In this document: positions 14,391 to 26,137 of the stretch, in pieces | How the letters are laid out: the number at the start of each line of letters is the position of its first letter | How positions within the stretch are numbered: position 1 is the first letter of the stretch | Assembly (NCBI RefSeq): GCF_009834535.1 | Contig: NC_045696.1 | Location: 93,002,001-93,066,000 of the forward strand | Reading direction: 5' to 3' | Length of the DNA: 64,000 bases | Source of the DNA: Camelus ferus | Lineage: Eukaryota | Notes under the pieces: model-generated | Databases searched by the model: none | What the model was told of the DNA's origin: nothing | What the model saw: the letters and a program-made list of their open reading frames with translations, nothing else | Position numbers and translations under genes: made by a program

Positions 14391-15179
14391 GGCTCCAATT
14401 CTCATCCTAAGAAAGCATTGAGGCAAAACAAGTAAATTTAAAATTGGAAGGAAACGAGGTAGAACTTCCTGCTTTGTCAAAACCTTCTTCCCTACTTCTT
14501 ACTTACTCAGTCCGGGAACACCTGTTTTCTGCCTGTGTGTCTGGGCTGGGCACTGATGTCTCTCCCATTTTTTTCCACTTTCCCCATCCAAAATGTTCTA
14601 CACCTGACAGGTATGTCTTTCTCTAACTCCTTAGTTATTTTACTAACTCATCATCGTGTACCAGTCATGATACTTGCAAACCATGGTTGAGGGTATAATT
14701 TTACCCAAAATGATGTAACATCGATTTTGAACTGTCCACTTATAGCTGAAACTTAATCTAGGATAATGCAGGGTGAGTCACTTCTGGGATATTCTCAAAT
14801 AAATTCAGGCTTTCTCACTTTCTCCCTAAATGTCATCTAAATTCTATGTGTTCGCATGGTGAGGTGGTTTATGTGGGCCACTGGATGGGTGAAAATGGAG
14901 CGTTGTGTCCTTAGCTGGACACACTGTTTATGTAAACCATCTTTTTTCTAATCACCAAACAAGGCATCCAATACCCTCAGGCATCTAATAAAGGAGCCAC
15001 ATCTCTCCAATGGCTTCTAGTCAGCACGAGTGGCTGTGCTCCCCCCTATGAACATGAGGCTTTTGTGGGCCTCCCTCTTCTGCATCACATAAGTGTCACA
15101 TAGGAAAAACAATGGCACCAGGTGAGGGCATGGAGAACGTGTGCATGTAGAGTGCCTCTACTCTGTGTTCATTGATCCA

Positions 15180-15590
15180 TGTTACTTTCCTTGCCACGAG
15201 TGGTGTCATAAAGACCCTGCGTGCTCACTCATATCCCCCTCACTTTTCCTCCACATACACAGGATTACAGTTGGCAAGGTTACGTACTTAGGTCTGGCCA
15301 TGGGCTGTGAATGAAAAGTGGCAAGTTACTTCTGGGCCAAAGCATTTAACTGCCGAGTGCAAGACTCTTCTAGTGCTCTCTGTTCCTGTTGCAGAGACCT
15401 AGAAGATCATATGTCTCCAACGGAACGGCTCCAAGAGCAGTGAAAGCCTCTCTCAGCCCGAGCCCCTTGCTGTGGTGGGCTGCAGACCCCCTCGTAGACC
15501 TGAGCAAGAAATGCATGTGCGTGGCAGGATGCGAGGGGATGGGGCATTGTTAGTTACTGCAGCCTTACCTAGCTTCTCTTGACTAACACC
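15180..15590 (+). mobile_element. MLT1J-like LTR
   Basis: acttctgggccaaagcatttaactgcc and gttactgcagccttacctagc...gactaaca end. Confidence 0.7.
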
Positions 15591-15723
15591 CATGGCGTGG
15601 GATTTCCCTAGGGCTCCAGATAGAAAAGCCATCCTGACATTTCCACTCTCGCTGCTTGAGGATTCCTTAAAGAAACATGCCCTATCCTTTGGCTTCAACT
15701 AGGGTATAACTGAAAAGGCAGGA

Positions 15724-16032
15724 TTCTCTTTTCCTGTCTATTTAGAATAATGCATGAACTGATGCTAATTCATCAGTACAGAGGAATCTCAATGAACCTG
15801 AGCATTCGAATCATCAGGGAGAAGGCACTGAAGGAAGTTAGGAAGAAGTTATTCTACTAATGCATGACCCGTCATTATATGGCACCTGGGAATCCACAAA
15901 CCGTATTGCTTCTTCTGACTCTCTTCATTGCCTTCTCTCTGATTATGTGAATATATACAGTAACTGAGATTTTCCTGTACTAATGAATTAGCATCAGTTC
16001 ACGTGCTATTCTAAATAGACCAGAAGAGAGAA
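15724..16032. repeat. ~310 bp imperfect palindrome, probable non-autonomous DNA transposon
   Basis: 15724-15853 pairs with 15903-16032, for example tctatttagaata..tgaactgatgctaattcat versus atgaattagcatcagttca..tattctaaataga. Confidence 0.85.
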
Positions 16033-16209
16033 ATATTATACTGCATCCACTATTGTTAGCACATGATATGTGGTTAAATACGAGTTGATACTTAATCAGC
16101 TTTTGATAGAGAGGAATTTGGGTGAGCTGGGTCATGGGAGTAATCGCATAAAGAAAAAAAAAAGCCCACTAGACGTGAAGAAATGAAGAAATAAAGAAGG
16201 AAACCAACC

Positions 16210-16400
16210 CTGAGTCATGCTTTGTGGCTGGTGTGGTCCCTGGCATTTTCATCCACGGTGACTTTTCAGGCTGACAACAGCCCTGTGAGGTAGGCATGCT
16301 GTTATTCCTGCTTTCAGAGGTGAAGACGCTGAGGCTCAGAAGAGCCAAGTAAAGTTGAATAGTTTATAAGTTTGCAGAATTAGGATCTAAACCAAGCCCT
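16210..16400 (-). mobile_element. MIR
   Basis: acaacagccctgtgaggtagg...ctgaggctcaga. Confidence 0.7.
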
Positions 16401-16796
16401 GTGAACTGTCTACAGCCCTGTCTACAGCAGGTAACTGAATAGTTATATTAGAAAATGCTTTTGAAGTCACAGGTGGATAAAGGATTCCTATAGGGTTAAA
16501 CCCACACAATTGATATAATATACTTTATGTTATTCTGACAAACCTATGGAAAAAATATTTTAAGTGGAGACAAAGAGAAAAGCAACTTGGCTTTTAGTAT
16601 TTTAATCATCATTTTAGACCAAGAGCCAGAGAACTATGCCAACATTGCTGAGATTTCTCAGAGAATTATTTTATTCTAATCAAATCACATGTTAATATCA
16701 TCAGAGTGAAGAAAACAAACATCATCCTGCATAGTGCATAGTGATTGCAATAAATGCCTACTGATTAAGCAAGAGTTTTGATAATAAGAGTTTGAG

Positions 16797-16962
16797 AGGG
16801 GAGGATATAGCTCAGTGGTAGAGTGCATACCTAGCTTGCACGAGGTCCTGGGTTCAATCCCCAGTACCTCCATTAAAAATAAATAAATAAGTAAACCCCA
16901 TTACCTCCCCACCAACAAAATTTTAAGAATAAAATAAAAAATTAAAATAAATAAAATTTTTT
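16797..16962 (+). mobile_element. tRNA-derived SINE (camelid Vic-1-like)
   Basis: A-box tagctcagtgg, B-box ggttcaatccc, A-rich tail, flanking agtttga repeat. Confidence 0.9.
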
Positions 16963-17479
16963 TAAAAGTTTGAAGAAAAAGACAAGGAAGTGTAGACATT
17001 ACAGATTTTAAAATATACTTGACAGAAGAAAACTTACTTAAATTAAGAATAACCATTAATAACTAGAAGGAATGTTTTATTATTATATATTTTATAATAT
17101 ACCCCAAAATGTTCTACCTCTTTAGGTCATTCTAAAATAGAACCGAGTTAGCCTTTAATTTCAGTTTGAGAATCAAATGGAGGGAGAATGAGAGGACAGA
17201 AAGGGCTGTGTGCTACTGTTTTGAATAGGGATTTATTTTAGCAGATTATTTATAATAATAAACAATAGTCTCAATTCAGCAAACTAATCCTCATAGGATG
17301 CTCTCCTTTTACTTTGATTTTTTGCTCGTGGCTTTTTGCAGTAAAACAATTTAACAAAATGAATGCTTTTATTCTTAATGCCACTTCAGACTACTGAATT
17401 ACTGATACAGTATACAAATCACACTGTTTCTGTGGCACCAGCCATTTGGGTCAATGAAAAATGAGACAACTGAGATGAG

Positions 17480-17618
17480 CCTGTTATTGTAACTCAGTGT
17501 TTTATTTCTCTACAATCGTACACAATTTCTGAACCCATGACTTGGGTCATAGTAATATCTTGCCCTAGAAATTAATAGCAGTTTTCCTCTTGGTGTATTC
17601 ATCCTCAGTGAATAACTT
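17480..17618 (-). pseudogene. Terminal exon (KLFTEDEYTKRKTAINF*) with short 3' UTR
   Basis: Acceptor tgtgcctttttcag, TAG ending at 17565, then AATAAA about 60 nt downstream. Confidence 0.6.
17501..17506 (-). terminator. Polyadenylation signal AATAAA of the relic gene
   Basis: tttatt on the plus strand, just beyond the terminal stop. Confidence 0.5.
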
Positions 17619-18239
17619 CTGAAAAAGGCACATGAATTTATGGTACTTAAATGCCATGCCTTCCTGTTTGGAAGAGTAATTCTTATTTATGAAAATGTTC
17701 AAGTTAATGAAAGGACCCTGGGAAATGTTAGAAATAACCCCTCGATCTTGCCATCCGATATGAGAATCAGGATGCCTTCCATTCAGCATTGAGATAAGAC
17801 CTTTCCTCTTTGCCCCTCGGCCACTGTCTTGCTTCATTGTCAACATTTGTAGGAACTAATTTTGGGGGAAATGACTCTATCTTAGCTTACAAACAAACCA
17901 ACTGAAACCCAACACTTTCCGCACACGGAATAAAGCACATTAACTACTCAGTAGAAATATTATTCCGCATGGGTGATGAATTTTAACACGGGTATAGTTA
18001 CTGTTCTCTGTAAGTCAGCACGGAATGCTAACACTCTGACAGCTAGGGTCAGGGCCGGCCCAACCAAAGGATGCTTTTCAAGGGCATTGGAGTCACATCA
18101 GAAAAAGCCACAGCCCTACTGCCTGCCTAATTAGGTTGCCCATAGACATTCCATTTAGCATATTGAATCCCTATTATGAACAAACAGCTGTGTTTGATGT
18201 GTGTCTGCATTAGCAGGAGAGGTCGATTGGGGTCAAGAA

Positions 18240-18430
18240 AAAATCCTTTGGGGTTATAAATACTTTGGTGTCATCTAGTTCCATCCTCTTGATGTGCCGC
18301 TGAGGAAGCAGAGGTCCTCAGAGGGTAATTGACCTCCCACAAGGTCACACTGCTGCCAGGACGGGCAAAGCTGGGGCTATCACACAAGCCTCCTGAATTT
18401 CAGTTCAACTGTATTTCCACCCCATCACCT
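18240..18430 (-). mobile_element. MIR/MIR3 fragment
   Basis: tgaggaagcagagg...caaggtcacac. Confidence 0.55.
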
Positions 18431-18868
18431 GTGTCCCCAGATGTCTGCTTTTTGCTTACTTTGCACAGTAAACAGATGGTTGCTCCCAACCTCTTGTTTA
18501 CCTGAATTCGCCATGCTGTATTCTTTGCAAGAATGAACTTGCCTCTTTCCAATCTTATCCCAAGTGGTAACCATGTTGATACTCAGCTATCAGGAAGGGT
18601 TCTTGAGAGCATAATGGCTACGCTTCATAGTGGTCAGTTACAGACTTTAAGGGTCTCACTTCCCTCCCAGGGTGACCTGATGGAATAGAACACAATGGTG
18701 AGATGTTTGTTGTTGACTCACGTCAATAAACCTCCAAAAGAAACAGATGGTGAAAGCACCTCTATTCATACAAGACACTTAGAATCTAAAGATGTAAATA
18801 CATATTCATATATATAAAATAGATATAAGAATATGGAGAAGAAGACCGTAATATTGCACTTGGTTTAC

Positions 18869-18909
18869 CTGGTTACAATTCTGTATCAGTAAGAGGTTTG
18901 CATTTTCAT
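18869..18909 (-). pseudogene. Penultimate exon, 41 nt, phase 1 to 0 (DENANLLLIQNCNQ)
   Basis: Acceptor gttttttgcag and donor CAG|gtaaac; stop-free. Confidence 0.6.
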
Positions 18910-19329
18910 CTGCAAAAAACTTTAAAGTTAGAGGCAAAAATGATGACCCTAATAAACCATGTATTAAATGCAAAACAAACAAACAAAAATCCAAAAAACA
19001 AACCCTGAACAACAAGAGGGTTGTGATTTGAGTGAACTGAGTAAGTAAAAAGATTCCATACTGAAAAGAATTATATTTATACCTAGCATTGGAACAAAAC
19101 AATTAAAACATTCACCAGTGTGTGACTTCAAATATTGACACAGTTTGAGTCAAAACAAGAAAAACTTGCTTTTGACCCTGTCAAAATGATGTCAGATCCC
19201 TTCCTTCCTATGTTTACGTGATAAAATACCTACTGCACATTTGGAACTGAAGCTGAAGATGTTCCTGATCACATTAATCTGACGCACACACACATACACA
19301 TGGAGGTGCTGACAAATGCCCAGTGTTCA

Positions 19330-20095
19330 CAACCTCACGCTGTCCCCTTCTGTACTGAATCTGGGCTGGCCCTGTGTCACCAACAGAATGTGGCAGAAGA
19401 GACACCATGTGACTTTGGAGCTAGGTCGGAAGGAGCCTTGCAGCTTCTGCTCTGAACTCTTGGCATGCTTACTCTGGTGGAAGTGAGCAGCCATGTAGGA
19501 AGCTTGAATAACTTGAGAAGGCGTGCTGAGACTGTCCAAGCTAGTAGTGTGGAGAAGCCACAAGGAACAAGTCCCCAGCAGTGATTGCATCTCAGCTGAG
19601 GCACCAGACATGTGACTAAAGGAAACATCCTGGGATGTCTAGCCCAGTTCAGCCTTCAGACCAGTCAGTCCCAGCCGTCACCTGACTGTAACTGCATTAG
19701 AGACCCAAGCTGAGAACTTGTCATATAAATCTGGCCATCATACAGAACCATAGGAGATAATAATGAATTGTTGTAAGCCATGAAATTTTGGGGGTGCTTT
19801 GTTATCAACCAATAGGTAACTGAAACAATTGAGTGGTTAGACTGATTGCAAAAATGACCCTGATTACCCCTCCCTCCCTTTGTCTGTGCCCTTGGCAATG
19901 TGGATCTGTAGTTCATTTAGTCAAGAGGTGGAGTCTATTTCCCCGTCCTTTGAATCTGCTTTGGCTTTGTGACTTGCTTTGGCCATTAGAATGCGGCAAA
20001 AAGTGGGAGTCTGCCAGTTCTGAGTCGAAGCTTCAAGAAGCCTTATGTACTTCTGTGATCTCTTTCTTGGAACTCCTTGGGGCTACCATCATGAA
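19330..20095 (+). mobile_element. Two adjacent MLT1 (E/F/G-like) LTR pieces
   Basis: ttgaatctg...tgtgacttgctttggcc motif seen twice; ttgtaagccatgaaattttgggg...taactgaaaca end at about 19828. Confidence 0.7.
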
Positions 20096-20109
20096 GAAGA
20101 TATATACTG

Positions 20110-20650
20110 CATAGTAACAAGGGATTAATATCTAAGATATACAATGAACAAATCAATAAACAAAAAATGGTCAAAAGAAATGAGTAAGAAACCCACCGAA
20201 AGAGAAATATAAACAGGTGGCAAGTACATGAAGAGATGTCCAATTTCAGTAGCAGCTGGAGAAATACAAATGGAAACAGTAACAAGACTCAGTTTACAAT
20301 CAGACTGGCAAAAGTGAGAAAGGTAGATAAAACCAAGTATGGGCCAACAAGAATTCTTATGCATCCCTCCTGGGAAGGTAAAGGAGCAATCTCTGCAGAG
20401 CCATATGACTGTACATATGACTAAAGCAGTGGATGCAAATAATGGAATACTCCACAGCAGTCAGAGGTAACAATACTCTGTCTATGTAGATGTAGCAATA
20501 TAGGTGGAAGGAGGAAACTGAATGGCATACACAATTCAATACTAGATGTGTAAATTGAAATCACAGTCCCATGTCTTTCCAAGACCCAAATAGATCCAAG
20601 GATACATATTAAACACATTAGAATTAATGCCTATGGGGTAGGGGAGAGGA
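20110..20650 (+). mobile_element. Old L1 (L1ME-like) 3' fragment
   Basis: gggattaatatctaagatata...atggaatactccacagcag. Confidence 0.65.
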
Positions 20651-21039
20651 GAAGTATGTGGGTAAGTTATGATGGGGAAAAATACAGAAATGAAACAAGA
20701 GACAAGCTTTGCATGGATTGATGATAGAAGAGCCTGAAGCTGAAGAACGTTGTACTCGACACTTCGCATCCAAATTCCAAAAAGAAGAACAACAACACAG
20801 TAAGGAGTGTGCAACAGGAGTGAATCCATGAGGCTGAGTGAGGGGTTGGAGTGCAGAGCAGGTGGATCTAGAAGCCCTTGGAGCCGGCACCCTCCCACCC
20901 GACTTCAATATACACCAAGCTCAAACCTGATTTTTGACTTTCTGCAAGCCCTGTACCCTAGTGAATTGTTTAGAAAATGAGAATAATTTGATACCGGAAA
21001 TATTAGCATTGCTAGGTTAGTTCTCACCGTCATGGCATG

Positions 21040-21420
21040 GTGTCTTAGTTCCCGCTGCTGTAACAAAACACCATAGACTGGGAGGCTTATAAACTAAGAA
21101 GTTGATTTCTCATAGTCTTGGAGGCTGGATGTCCAAGATCAGGAGCCAGCATGCTGGGTTCTGAGGAGGCCCTCTTTCAGGCTGGTTGCAGACTGCTGTC
21201 TTCTTGTTATGCCCCTACAGGGCAGAGAGCAGAGAGAGGAGGGGGCATGCTCTCTCGTGATTGCATAAGGGCATTAATCCCATTCATGAGGGCTGCACTC
21301 GTGAACTCATCTAATTCTAGTTACCCCCATAGGCTCCATTTCCTAATACTATCACATTGTGGGGTGGGGGTTCAAGATGTGAATGGTGGTAGGGGGGCAC
21401 TAACATTTAGCCCATAACAC
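21040..21420 (-). mobile_element. MLT1A/B LTR
   Basis: gctgctgtaacaaaacaccatagactgg...acatttagcccataaca. Confidence 0.85.
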
Positions 21421-22501
21421 ATGGTATATAGTCTTATTGGCTATTGCCCATCACAGGGCAGTTTGTAGAGAGCATACCAAGCCTCTCTTTCTGAAAAGAG
21501 CTCTTTGAGGAGCAAAAGGCACAAAATGCACAGCTCTCTCCAGGACCCTGGCAGGATTTCATCTGGCCATCCTCTTAGTAGCCCTACCATTTCAGAGTGG
21601 TCCGTCTTCATATCAGAGCACCAAACCCAGAGACTCTGCACACAGGGGTGAAGTGGGCATCAGACTTGGCCCATCACATTGCACAGGACTTGGGATCCAA
21701 TCATAAATTAGTCCCTAAGGGGCACGAGAACATCCTGTAATTTGTTCTGACAAAAGCTGGATTAAACATTTCCAGGTCATTTGGTGCTCAGTGTGGCTCA
21801 ATTAGACACACCCGAACCCACAGGCATCTGGCTTGTTATATTTTTGGAGAGCAAGCTAGTATGAGACAGAAGCCCTAAACTCTCCTCAGCCCGGCTTTGG
21901 GACAGACACTGCTGATGTACCATTTGTCCCAGTCAGCTTGTTAGGTTCCCTTAATGGGCCTATGCATTCCGAAAGAACATGGACTTGCTCATTTTCTTTT
22001 TAATATAGACTTCAAAGTGCCATTCTTAATACATGCTCTTCTATCAAAGACGTCACATCTCATTTGTTGAGATTTCACATCTCAAACTTGTGTTGTCTCT
22101 GCTATTTTATATTCAGAAGCATTGTGTGATTCATCACACAGCATGTGTTACTGGATTCCTGAGGATTTCGTATGTTCCAGCAACTTCTAATGGTTTGTGT
22201 AAACACCATACCTGGCTGGCACTAAATGAAGGAGTTTAGTCATTTTAAATGCTGAGTGGTCCCCACGCGTTTCTATCTTTAAAAATGTATTTTGCTTTTA
22301 AGCTGGTGGCTTCATTATTTTTCTTTAAAAACTCAACTTACTTAGGGTTTAGGATGATTTTTCCCTGTGACATGAGTTTCAAATGAAGGTTTTGTCTTAC
22401 ATTCTTTTCCTAGAGAATTTTTGGCTGTAACAGGGATGGCTGAATAAAGCTAGTGAGCTTGATACGTTTTCCCCACTTGCTTCATTTATACAGGTTTGTA
22501 C

Positions 22502-22568
22502 CTGCTTAATATTCCACAGTATACAAACAGCTGAAGTATTTTCCAAATTGTTTTCAGATTTGAATTAC
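22502..22568 (-). pseudogene. Exon, 67 nt, phase 0 to 1, two stops
   Basis: Acceptor atctgtattag and donor CAG|gtacaa. Supplies the phase change needed by the next exon. Confidence 0.4.
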
Positions 22569-23086
22569 CTAATACAGATTTACATATATATAATATATAT
22601 ATAATATATATACTTTAAGGGAGATTAAAACCACCACCCACAGTGGCAGCTCTTAAATACCAAGTTAGGATTCTTGCTGAGAAGTTAACAAGTGGGCTAA
22701 ATCAGTCCAGCATCTGAATGCATGTAAGATGATAAAGATCAACTTCCCTTTTGTGGAAATGCTAAAGCTATTCTCCCTGCATTTGCGTTCCTATTCTTTG
22801 AACATTTACACGAGATATTTCAGTGCTATGTATGGAGCTAGCTAATAATATGCACTTGTGTGATGCTCTGGATTTGCAAGGAAGCTTAGCAGGTAGGTAT
22901 TTGTCCAGTCAACCATTGAATAAAGCATCCTAAGACGTTCCCCAAATTAGAAAACGTCTCTTGAAGCCAGGGTTTGAAGTTACTGGTACTGCTTTCCTTG
23001 CAATGAGCTGGACAGTTTAGGACTCTAAGTCAAAGGGTTTTTTCACTATCAAATACAGTGCTAAGAAATAGTCTTATTTTGTCAAC

Positions 23087-23101
23087 CTTGCTTCCAGCTT
23101 T
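23087..23101 (-). pseudogene. Possible 15-nt micro-exon (KAGSK)
   Basis: Acceptor tctcacttttgacag with weak donor AAG|gttgac; frame-neutral. Confidence 0.2.
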
Positions 23102-23831
23102 CTGTCAAAAGTGAGATTTAAAGCCCTGAAACACAAGGCGGCAGAGCTTGCTTTGTGACGGGATATAGTAGAAAGGTTTTGCTCACAGTTCTCACGTCTT
23201 TGGCAGAAACACAGTGGTTGTTTCAGGAGAGAACAGCAGGAATGGGAAGGTGGTCTGATTCTTTTTTAGCCTTTATTTAGAGCAGAAAGTTTGGGTCCAT
23301 TGTGTCTGTCAATCATAATTCTCTTCATTCATTCAGGACAACAAGAATGAGATTCTCTCTCCTCTGGGAGAACCACAGCAGGAAAGTCAGTACTTTCTTC
23401 TAACAAAGTGCTTTGAGCGAGGTATGTGCCAGGTGTTAACATTTTCTCCTCCTTCAGTGGATTTATCTTCTGGAAGGAGACACACAGATCTTCTTGTAAA
23501 TAGCTTACAAACAATGGTTGTGGTCTACTAACCTCCCTTTCTTTCTCAAAAAGAAAAATAATTCCATAGTCAAGTTAGATTGTCCTAGGATTTTTGAGGG
23601 TCTCTTCTAACATTCTACCCTTCGATTTGATCAATTGGTAACCAATGTCTCAGACATTCTTTGATGCACAAAATAACCTCTTATTTGATCTCTTAAGGCT
23701 AAAAATAGATGGATAGTTAATGGTTGTCTGCCTTGACAACAATGTAAGAATATTAAGACAATAATCCCAAGTCCAATCAAGGCTTAGAATTTCCATGCAA
23801 GATGTTTTCACGCCAGCAGCCTGGAGATTAC

Positions 23832-23990
23832 CATCTGCGGATTTCAGATTGGTCACAAGTTTGTATATATTTGGTTGTTGTGGCTTTCGCTTAGTTGGCA
23901 ACTTGAGGATTCTTTCTCTTCTGTTGTCTTTTCTTATCACAACAAATAAGTTTCTTCTAATTGAGTCCGATCTAAACTGGAGTCTAGAAA
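23832..23990 (-). pseudogene. Exon, 159 nt, phase 0 to 0, four in-frame stops (alternative acceptor at 23983)
   Basis: Acceptor cttgcctcag and donor ATG|gtaatc. Reads FLDSSLDRTQLEETYLL**EKTTEEKESSSCQLSESHNNQIYTNL*PI*NPQM. Confidence 0.5.
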
Positions 23991-24192
23991 CTGAGGCAAG
24001 TTTTAATTTACCCCACGTACTGGATTTGAAGCTGCTGTTATGATCTTAATAAGTCTTACCCGCCACACTGTATGTTTCCTGAGCAGCACCATTTTCCTTC
24101 CATAAATTAGGCACTACATTATTTAGTCTCTTATCTGTCATTAATTATATGTCTTGCATTTGTAAGGTACTTGCTGTAACATTACTCAGCTT

Positions 24193-24388
24193 TATTTATT
24201 TGAGTATAGTTGATGTACAGTATTATATGAGTTACAGGTGTACAATATAGAGATTCACAATTTTTAAAGGTTCTACCCCAGTTACAGTTATTATAAAATA
24301 CTGGCTCTATTCCCTGCATTGTACGATATATCCTCGTAGCTTATTTATTTTCTACATAATAGTTTGTACCGCTTAATCCCCTACCCCT
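24193..24388 (-). mobile_element. Short L1 3' fragment with 12-bp TSD
   Basis: attactcagctt at 24181-24192 and 24389-24400. Confidence 0.85.
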
Positions 24389-24853
24389 ATTACTCAGCTT
24401 ACTTAAGTTGATTTCTTAATCCTGCTACAGTATTGCAGTATTTATCACTTTAATTATTTTGTCATAATTTAGGGCCTAATTTAGAAACTTGGTCATTTAG
24501 ATATGGAAAATTTATTGGAAGATCAGGCCCCTGCAGATACTAGAATTGAGCATTTAAATCACAGTGGCAATAGGTCCCTGAATCTGTGTCCCTCCACCTT
24601 CTAGGGCAACACGACGTTCTCAGAAGGCCAGGATAGCCCTGTGTTATATCCTTGACAGCTGATTATCCTTCCTCTTTTTGAACATCTGCAGAGACAAGAA
24701 GCTCACTACCTCCCAAGGCAGACATTAAGGGGCTGAATGCTGTAAAAATGTGCAAAGTGGGTGCATGGATTGATGGAATGAGTGTACTATAAGGACAGGA
24801 AATCATACTCAAAGACTGGGATTTCAGAGTTTAAACTTGAGCAGTTGAATTAC

Positions 24854-24943
24854 TGGGGATATGTGCATGATATTCTCCAAATCTTGGACCAGGTCTGATG
24901 AGAACAGTGTTGATCTTGTTGCCATCTTTCAAAGTTCTATCTT
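24854..24943 (-). pseudogene. Exon, 90 nt, phase 0 to 0, one in-frame TGA
   Basis: Acceptor cccagtttttgcag and donor gtaatt. Reads KIEL*KMATRSTLFSSDLVQDLENIMHISP. Confidence 0.55.
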
Positions 24944-25339
24944 CTGCAAAAACTGGGGCTTGGTCTGCATTCTGTAACACTTTATTCAAGTGCCAGGGGG
25001 TTCTCTCCTTATGAGGAAAACTTATATGTGTTTTAAACACAGACAAGTAGAAATTCTTAAACTGTGGAATGCTGAGGCTGGGGTACCTGCACAAGCCTGA
25101 GTTTGAATTTCTAGGACATCTGAACATCCCTGGCCAAAGTTTGATTTTGGTGAGGACTGCGTACACCAAGAGAGGCAGTAATGCTCCCTCAATATTCCAG
25201 TAGAAAAATGCTCCCCTACTTTTCTGACGTTCCTTGCAGGGAGGTCAAAACCACGTATCTGGTTTTGGCTAACAGATAGTGAATAGAAGAGATACGTGTT
25301 TCCCTTAATCAGATGCAATTAAGAGGAGGTGTGAGCTCT

Positions 25340-25555
25340 CTGCACTTTCTCTCGCTTTGCTGTGCACATCCTAGAAATCATCATGGAGGGAGCCTGTATC
25401 TCCAAGCCACCATGTGGAGGATGTTACCTCGGGGAATTGCTCGTCTGCATTGGACTTTAAATGACCAAAGAAATGAATTGCTGTCATGTTAAGCTGCTGA
25501 GATTTGGAGGTTTGTAATACTTTGTTAGAAGAGCCCAGCTTAACCTGATTAATAA
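25340..25555 (+). mobile_element. MLT1 (I/J-like) LTR 3' part
   Basis: gttaagctgctgagatttgg...acctgattaata. Confidence 0.6.
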
Positions 25556-26137
25556 ACCACCCGGCCAGAAGACTCTCATGTGGGGGCTGAAAGCCCAAGG
25601 GGAGTATAATTTGAGCCTTTTTATGTCTCTTTTAATCTCTGATTTCCTTTCAGTCCATCAGGATGTGCTGGCTACTAAAGATTTGCAGAGGAAATTGGAT
25701 ATTTTTCACTAAAATGAAATTTTGGGCTTACGTATTAGTTCCAGTTATCAATGTGATATCACTCTGAAGCAAAATTGACTATGAGAAAAGGGAGAAATTT
25801 AATTTTTGAGGGAGTCGCAGAGAAATGGAATAGATAATTAAACTGAGGCTACATGACTAAACCATTGCAGAAGCTTCTCTTGCCTGTAGAAACAGCCGAT
25901 CTGTTTTCATTTTTGGTGAAAAATCTGAGATGTTAAACAGAGATCCTTACCTATCCTCAATTCTCCTCCTCTTCGTGGTAACAAGGATTTTCATTAGTCA
26001 TTTGCCTTTTTCCCCAGAGGACTCAGGACCTTGTCCCTTCCTGAGGATTCAGGCCATATGCAAGCATTTCACCCTCACTTTACCCTCTAATGTCCATCAC
26101 AGCACATCATTTATTCCCTGCGTTTATCTGTTATAAT

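Noticed and set aside
16797..16872. tRNA gene
   Set aside because: The A and B boxes are followed by a SINE body and A-rich tail, and there are several similar copies in the window.
25087..25121. Extra minus-strand exon with CAG|gtaccc donor
   Set aside because: Poor acceptor tract and not needed for phase continuity.
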